From Macrostomum lignano (Eukaryota): a stretch of DNA of 64,000 nucleotides. This document shows, in pieces, positions 59,401 to 64,000 of the stretch. The stretch covers positions 124,001 to 188,000 of the forward strand of contig NIVC01000267.1 of assembly GCA_002269645.1 (NCBI GenBank), given 5' to 3'. The stretch's first letter is position 1. Every line of letters begins with the position of its first letter. Under the pieces are notes generated by a model. The model was not told where the DNA came from. It saw only the letters and a list, made by a program, of their open reading frames with translations, and ran no database searches. A program made the position numbers and the translations under genes.

Positions 59401-60594
59401 CTACGATATCCCATCTAGATTATTTTATGCCTACCTGAGTTTCTACTCATTTTTAGATCCATCTCTTCACTAGGGTTAGACGTTGATTAATTATTAAATG
59501 ATTTTTTAATTTGTTCCCTTGGTTACAATATTGAGAGTAAATTTTGTCTCACTAACAGCAATCTACAGCTCAGCGCCACCTGTTGCCCTGTTTCAGCCAC
59601 TTTCCTATGGAAGAATATCGTGTTCACTGTGGTGATTCTCTCCCTGCTGCTCTGGGTGCCCGCCTGCGCCATCATTGCTTATCAGGTGAGTGAGCATTGA
59701 GTGAGGAAAGTGATCATTAAGCAGAGTGAGTGATCAATGAGCTGAGTGAGTGATCATTGAGCAGAGTGAGTGATCAGTGAGCTGAGTGAGTGATCAGTGA
59801 GCTGAGTGAGTGGTCATTGAGCAGAGTGAGTGATCAGTGAGCTGAGTGAGTGATCAGTGAGCTGAGTGAGTGATCAATGAGCTGAGTGAGTGGTCATTGA
59901 GCTGAGTGAGTGATCAGTGAGCTGAGTGAGTGATCAGTGAGCTGAGTGAGTGATCAATGAGCTGAGTGAGTGATCAGTGAGCTGAGTGAGTGATCAGTGA
60001 GCTGAGTGAGTGATCAATGAGCTGAGTGAGTGATCAATGAGCTGAGTGAGTGATCAGTGAGCTGAGTGAGTGATCATTGAGCTGAGTGAGTGATCAGTGA
60101 GCTGAGTGAGTGATCAATGAGGGTTAGGGTTAGGGTTAGGGTTAGGGTTATGGTTAGGAGAGAGAGAGAGAGTAACCAGTGAGTGGAGAGAGAGTTATCA
60201 GTGAGGGAAGAGAGTGACCAGTAAGGGGAGAGAGTGACCAGTGAGGGGAGATGGACCAGTAATAGGAGAGTGACTGGTAATAGGAGAGTGATCAGTGAGG
60301 GGAGAGAGTGACCAGTGAGGGAAGAGAGTGACCAGTAAGGGGAGAGTGTGACCAGTTAGGGGAGAGTGACTTAGTAGTAGGAGAGTGATCAGTAATAGGA
60401 GAGTGACCAGTAATAGGAGAGTGACCAGTGAGGGGAGAGAGTGACCAGTGAGCAGCTAAATTTAATCAGCTCTCTCCCCCCCTCAGGACCGCATTGACGC
60501 CCGCAAATCTGGCGACTCTGAGGCGGATGCAGCGGATATTCGCTACTCAGCTGCCAGGCCTGGCGGTTCGGCCCAGGGTCGCTACTTCACCTAG
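42153..60594 (+). CDS. ADAM17: ADAM17/TACE metalloprotease (~751 aa)
   Basis: Exons 42153..42237 (signal peptide ending VEA-SFQ; least certain, the start could be 42183), 45071..45185, 45483..45714, 45787..45860, 48625..48997, 51422..51709, 53243..53506, 54133..54470, 54963..55252, 59597..59685, 60487..60594(TAG); 2256 nt in frame. Prodomain, Cys switch QFCG, furin site [13 protein letters not shown], zinc motif [12 protein letters not shown], Met-turn [10 protein letters not shown] (ADAM17-type, not ADAM10), disintegrin [15 protein letters not shown], membrane-proximal [40 protein letters not shown] near 60650. Confidence 0.92.
43566..43798. mobile_element. Inverted repeat (81 bp arms, 71 bp spacer) carrying degenerate minimal hammerhead motifs; probable Penelope-like element relic
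   Basis: Arms 43566..43646 and 43718..43798 differ at 6 of 81 positions. The + arm reads AAC CTGAAGA T ACAC CTAGGA GTGC GAAA TGC GTC GTT. Confidence 0.6.
44281..44465. mobile_element. hAT-type MITE, 185 bp
   Basis: Exact 8 bp TSD ATGATTAC at 44273..44280 and 44466..44473; imperfect termini CAGGGGCATAGAC / GCTTACACCACTG. Confidence 0.8.
45944..48465 (+). repeat. (CTGT)n-derived compound minisatellite with CTGCCTGACTGTCCA modules
   Basis: About 2.5 kb in ADAM17 intron 4; source of the 528-839 aa QTDR pseudo-ORFs. Confidence 0.96.
49062..50361 (+). mobile_element. Tc1/mariner DNA transposon, DD37D (maT) family, 1300 bp
   Basis: Perfect 31 bp TIRs (CCGGGTGTCCGGATTGAACGGAAACGCTGCT at 49062..49092 and its reverse complement at 50331..50361), flanked by TA on both sides (49060-61, 50362-63), inserted in a (GATA)n tract in ADAM17 intron 5. 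Confidence 0.96.
49207..50237 (+). pseudogene. DD37D transposase with a single 1 nt frameshift (~343 aa when restored)
   Basis: HTH region [15 protein letters not shown]...GGGRPRT. One C is missing at 49435-49437; adding it restores [19 protein letters not shown]. Catalytic [13 protein letters not shown] and SPDLNPLD with 37 residues between the second and third Asp. Confidence 0.88.
50362..51402 (+). repeat. (GATA)n-derived minisatellite with GGATAGACAGGTA modules
   Basis: Right flank of the maT element up to the next acceptor. Confidence 0.95.
51740..53222 (+). repeat. 13 bp CAGCAGACAGACA minisatellite
   Basis: Fills ADAM17 intron 6; source of the Cys-rich CCVCLLCLS pseudo-ORFs. Confidence 0.96.
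53608..54034. mobile_element. Degenerate hAT (Charlie-like) MITE with an internal AG-rich expansion
   Basis: Ends CGGGGTACAGCAAACTTTTT... and ...GGGCCAGATAG...GAGTTCACCAGACCTG; flanks CTCTAAGC / CTCTAACC (7 of 8 identical). Confidence 0.5.
54515..54830 (+). repeat. ~32 bp minisatellite GGGGTAGCGGCAAACATCAAAGGACCAGAAT
   Basis: About 9 diverged copies in ADAM17 intron 8. Confidence 0.85.
55275..59397 (+). repeat. 28 bp satellite GTTTTATCCCAACTAGGATTATCTCCCT with higher-order repeats
   Basis: About 147 copies filling ADAM17 intron 9. Confidence 0.97.
59686..60120 (+). repeat. 20 bp minisatellite GAGCTGAGTGAGTGATCAGT
   Basis: About 20 copies starting at the donor of ADAM17 intron 10. Confidence 0.93.
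60121..60158 (+). repeat. Interstitial telomere-type repeat (GGGTTA)5 plus a degenerate copy
   Basis: GGGTTAGGGTTAGGGTTAGGGTTAGGGTTATGGTTAGG read directly. Confidence 0.9.
60170..60455 (+). repeat. ~20 bp GAGAGTGACCAGTGAGGGGA degenerate minisatellite
   Basis: 3' half of ADAM17 intron 10. Confidence 0.85.
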
Positions 60595-61614
60595 TAGTGT
60601 AGCGAGCGTTTTCACTGTTATTTTGCATATAAATCAATAGGAGTGTTTTAATAAACCGTTGCAACAAATTCATAAGCCATACTAGAATTTTTCTACTATA
60701 AGTAGGCTGGCTAATAAGCAACATGCAGTAAAATCTATCTAATTGAATTGATTCGTATTTACTTATTCAGTCTTTCAATAGGAAATGCCATCTCATTCAA
60801 GAGAATTCTGTGCGCTGCAGTAAATGCAGCACTGCGATTTCTAATTGGTGTGTACCACAGATACTAGAATAATAACTAGATGGGCAGCTCAGCACATTTG
60901 CGTGTAAACTACTTTCAGTTCAGTAGTAGGTTAAACAGAAGCATTTTAATGTATTTTTAAAGCCAAGGCTCGTTTATTAGCTCTTACCCCCCCAGCCTAA
61001 ACCCTTCCCAACCGCGCCTTTCCACACTACCCTGCCCCGCCCCACCCCAATTTTATTGCCTTTCTCGGAATTCCAGCCTAAATCTGCCATGTACATTTCA
61101 GTGGACTGGCTAATGTACATTATTGCTTGAACCAATTAGCAAGCTGTTTACGCCTGCAAGCTTGGGCTTCTAAGCTTATCAAAGTCATTTCAGCTGCCTT
61201 TATTCTTATAAAATAGCTTATGTATTCTTCTTTGCTACTGAACTGAAAGTGGAAAGCTGTTTTTACTAAGTATTATATGCCTGAGTTATTCTAGTATCTG
61301 TGGTGTGTACGATCGTAATCCAATCCATTAGCTGTAAGTTTGCAATCATGTCAATATTGTTATTCAGTAAAGCCTTCTCTCAAATATTCCGGTCTTAAAA
61401 ACTTTGTCTTCTAAAGTACTGAATTGTGTTGTTTCCAGTTGCGTTTTTTGTTAGACACCATCTCAGTGTTTGATATTAATAATTAAGCTGCTAATATTTG
61501 CATGTCTTGATGCTGGCTTTGCATTGCTGTCTCATTCCGGCAGCTGGCTTTTTGTTAACTTGTTAATTGACATCCAATTGATGCGTTTGCTCATTTAAAT
61601 AGGCTGGAGTAAGT

Positions 61615-62130
61615 GAAAGAGTGACAAATCAGACTGAGAGAGTGACAGATCAGACTGAGAGAGTGACAGATCAGAGTGAGAGAGTGACAGATCAGACTGA
61701 GAGAGTGACAGATCAGAGTGAGAGAGTGACAGGTAAGGCTGAGAGAGTGACAGGTCAGAGTGAGTGACAGATCAGGGTGAACGACAGATCAGAGTAAGTG
61801 ACAGATCAGAGAGAGTGACAGATCAGTGAGAGTGACAGATCAGAGAGAGTGACAGATCAGAGAGAGTGACAGATCAGAGTGAGTGACAAATCAGAGTGAG
61901 TGACAAATCAGAGAGAGTGACAGATCAGAGATAGAGAGTGACAGATCAGAGAGAGTGACAGATCAGAGTGAGTGACAGATCAGAGTGAGTGACAGATCAG
62001 TGAGAGTGACAGATCAGAGAGAGTGACAGATCAGAGTGAGTGACAGATCATGGTGAACGACAGATCAGAGTGAGTGACAGATCATGGTGAGTGACAGATC
62101 AGAGTGAGTGACAGATCAGAGTGAGTGAGA
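61615..62130 (+). repeat. GAGTGACAGATCAGA-based minisatellite
   Basis: Between the convergent 3' ends of ADAM17 and Lhx3/4. Confidence 0.92.
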
Positions 62131-63024
62131 GCTCAAAGTGACAGTAACAGAGTAGAGTAACAACGTGGCAGATTTTTCGGCGTGAAGACGGGAGAAAGGC
62201 TCGCACAAGAGCTGTAGTGAGCTTGTTGCAGAAGCTGATTAACACGGTTATTAAGCAGAAGAATGCCAGTATTTGGTTGTGCACGCGGGCCTCTGTCTAC
62301 TTACTACAAATCGGTATATTTAGTTTCACACACGATGCCATTAAAGAGGGGGGCAACAGACAGGTTCAGCTGCTCAATGCTGACAAAAGTCAATTTTACA
62401 ATACAATCTTGCATAAGAAGCAGCCAGCTCGAGCTTATAACAGTTAGATGTGTGCAACTGCCGAGTGTACTAAAACATTGTTAGAAAAGTGCAAAACAAA
62501 ACTGAGACAAATTGTTGTGCACTTGCAAATTCTCTAAGCTAAACAGTCTGTTGTGCTTTCCAGAATTGTGCATTGCTATAAGGTAAAATACACAGAGGAA
62601 CTGGGCCGAATTTAGTCTAAAGTTTGTCGAAAAACTGATTTGCTTAAATAACTACTTCGGTGCAGAACATTGATTGATTCGATTTTCTTCTCTACTATAA
62701 GTAGCTTGACTGTACGGATTTTATGAAAATAGAGGGCCGCTTAATGAACAATCGGAGCAATAGAGTTCTAAACTGCTTCATCAAGTTGTGGGGAGGGGGC
62801 TCCTTGGAGCACGAAGTACGCGTACTAATACTTTGACAGCGCGATAAGGTTACGAAGATAGAAGCAGACCTGCAAACAGAAACTGACTAAGTCCTAATAG
62901 ACCAAAAAGAGGACGAATGGACAAAGTTGATGCCAGTATAACAACAAATAACAGCAATATGTGATGCTAAGCGAAATGACGGTTGCGTCTCCACTTGTGT
63001 TCCGACAGTGCAGCCAGTCACAGC

Positions 63025-63492
63025 TCAGTACACTTCCACGTGACTGCCACCGTAGGGATTGTCAGAGCCATCTCCCAGAAATTGCTGCTGCTGCTGCTGC
63101 TGCTGAGGCGGCGGCGGCAGCTGCGACTGCTGCTGCGAGAGAATCGGCGGCGGCGGCAGCGGGCCTCCAGCCGGCAGGAAGCCTCCGCTGGCCAGCGACA
63201 TCGGCGGCGGTGGTGGTGGTGGCGGCGGCGGCACCCAGGCCAGACCGACTGCAGCAGCTGCAGCCGCCGCAGCTGCTGCCGCAGCCGCCGATGCTGACGA
63301 AGCAGCGGCTGAGGACGTCGGTGCGCCGGCAGCGGCGGCGGCGGCTCCCGGCGTGAGCTCCAGCAGTGTGGTCGACCCGTTGCCATAGTGATACTCGGAG
63401 CCGGAGTCCAGGTCGCCTAATAATTTGATTGGTTGATTGGTTGGTTGATTGATTGATTGATTTTTTGATTGATTGATTGACTGATTGATTGG

Positions 63493-63529
<37 letters not shown>

Positions 63530-64000
63530 TGATTAATTAATTGGTTGGTTGGTTGATTCGATAAATTCCAAAGAGGAATTCGCGTTACTCGTACACTACT
63601 GCGAGAAGTAAAAAGTAACGGATTTTGATGGTTAATAAAAGCGACGGCTTACTCTGGTAGGACATGTCATGCGGATCGTTGCTGATTTGATCGTCGCTGC
63701 CGATGTCGCTCTCGCCGATGCCTTTGCCGCCGGGACTTTTGCCACCGCCGACGCCGCGAAAATACGGGCTCCAGCGCTGCCTACCGGCGTCCTTCTTCAG
63801 GCGCTTCTCCTTGGCGCTGCGGGTGGCAGAGTGGATGAGATTTTCGATGTGGCAAAGCGGATTGAGGAGATGAGAGAAGGGGAGGATGGGAGGATGGGAT
63901 GATGGGAGGATGGGATGATGGGAGGATAGGAAGATGGGGATGATGGGATGTGCTGTCTCGTCACTCACCGCCTGTTCTGGAACCAGACTTGGACCACTCG
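63025..64000 (-). CDS. LHX3: Lhx3/4 (Lim3) LIM-homeobox protein, 3' end; LIM domains and most of the homeodomain lie beyond the window
   Basis: Minus-strand exons 63969..>64000 (RVVQVWFQNR), 63653..63816 (R-AKEKRLKKDAGRQRW, diagnostic of Lhx3/4) and 63025..63416 (Ala/Pro/Gln-rich tail, TGA); GT-AG introns in phases 2 and 1. The gene is a pro-ortholog of LHX3/LHX4. Confidence 0.9.
63420..63560 (+). repeat. (GATT)n microsatellite in the last Lhx3/4 intron
   Basis: Read directly. Confidence 0.9.

Overview
Eukaryotic (metazoan) genomic DNA with GC-rich exons and introns packed with micro- and minisatellites. The style is most consistent with a free-living flatworm such as Macrostomum, which is an inference, not shown by the sequence. 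Five spliced genes can be rebuilt with consistent exon phases: the 3' part of an FHAD1-like coiled-coil gene (+), prospero/PROX1 (+), MYLIP/IDOL FERM-RING E3 ligase (+), ADAM17/TACE (+) and the 3' end of an Lhx3/4 LIM-homeobox gene (-). Mobile DNA comprises a 5'-truncated RTE-type LINE with a target-site duplication, a near-intact DD37D (maT) Tc1/mariner element, one clear and one degenerate hAT MITE, and an inverted pair of Penelope-type hammerhead motifs. The most notable signals are: (1) a minor-spliceosome (U12)-like GT-AG intron in prospero at the position of the known Drosophila AT-AC intron; (2) the inverted hammerhead pair in ADAM17 intron 1; (3) a LINE 5' junction built from copies of its own target site in both orientations; (4) a GC-AG intron in ADAM17; (5) intronic arrays made of tandem splice-site-like motifs. 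Most long ORFs in the supplied track are artefacts of tandem repeats. No CRISPR array, rRNA or tRNA was recognised.
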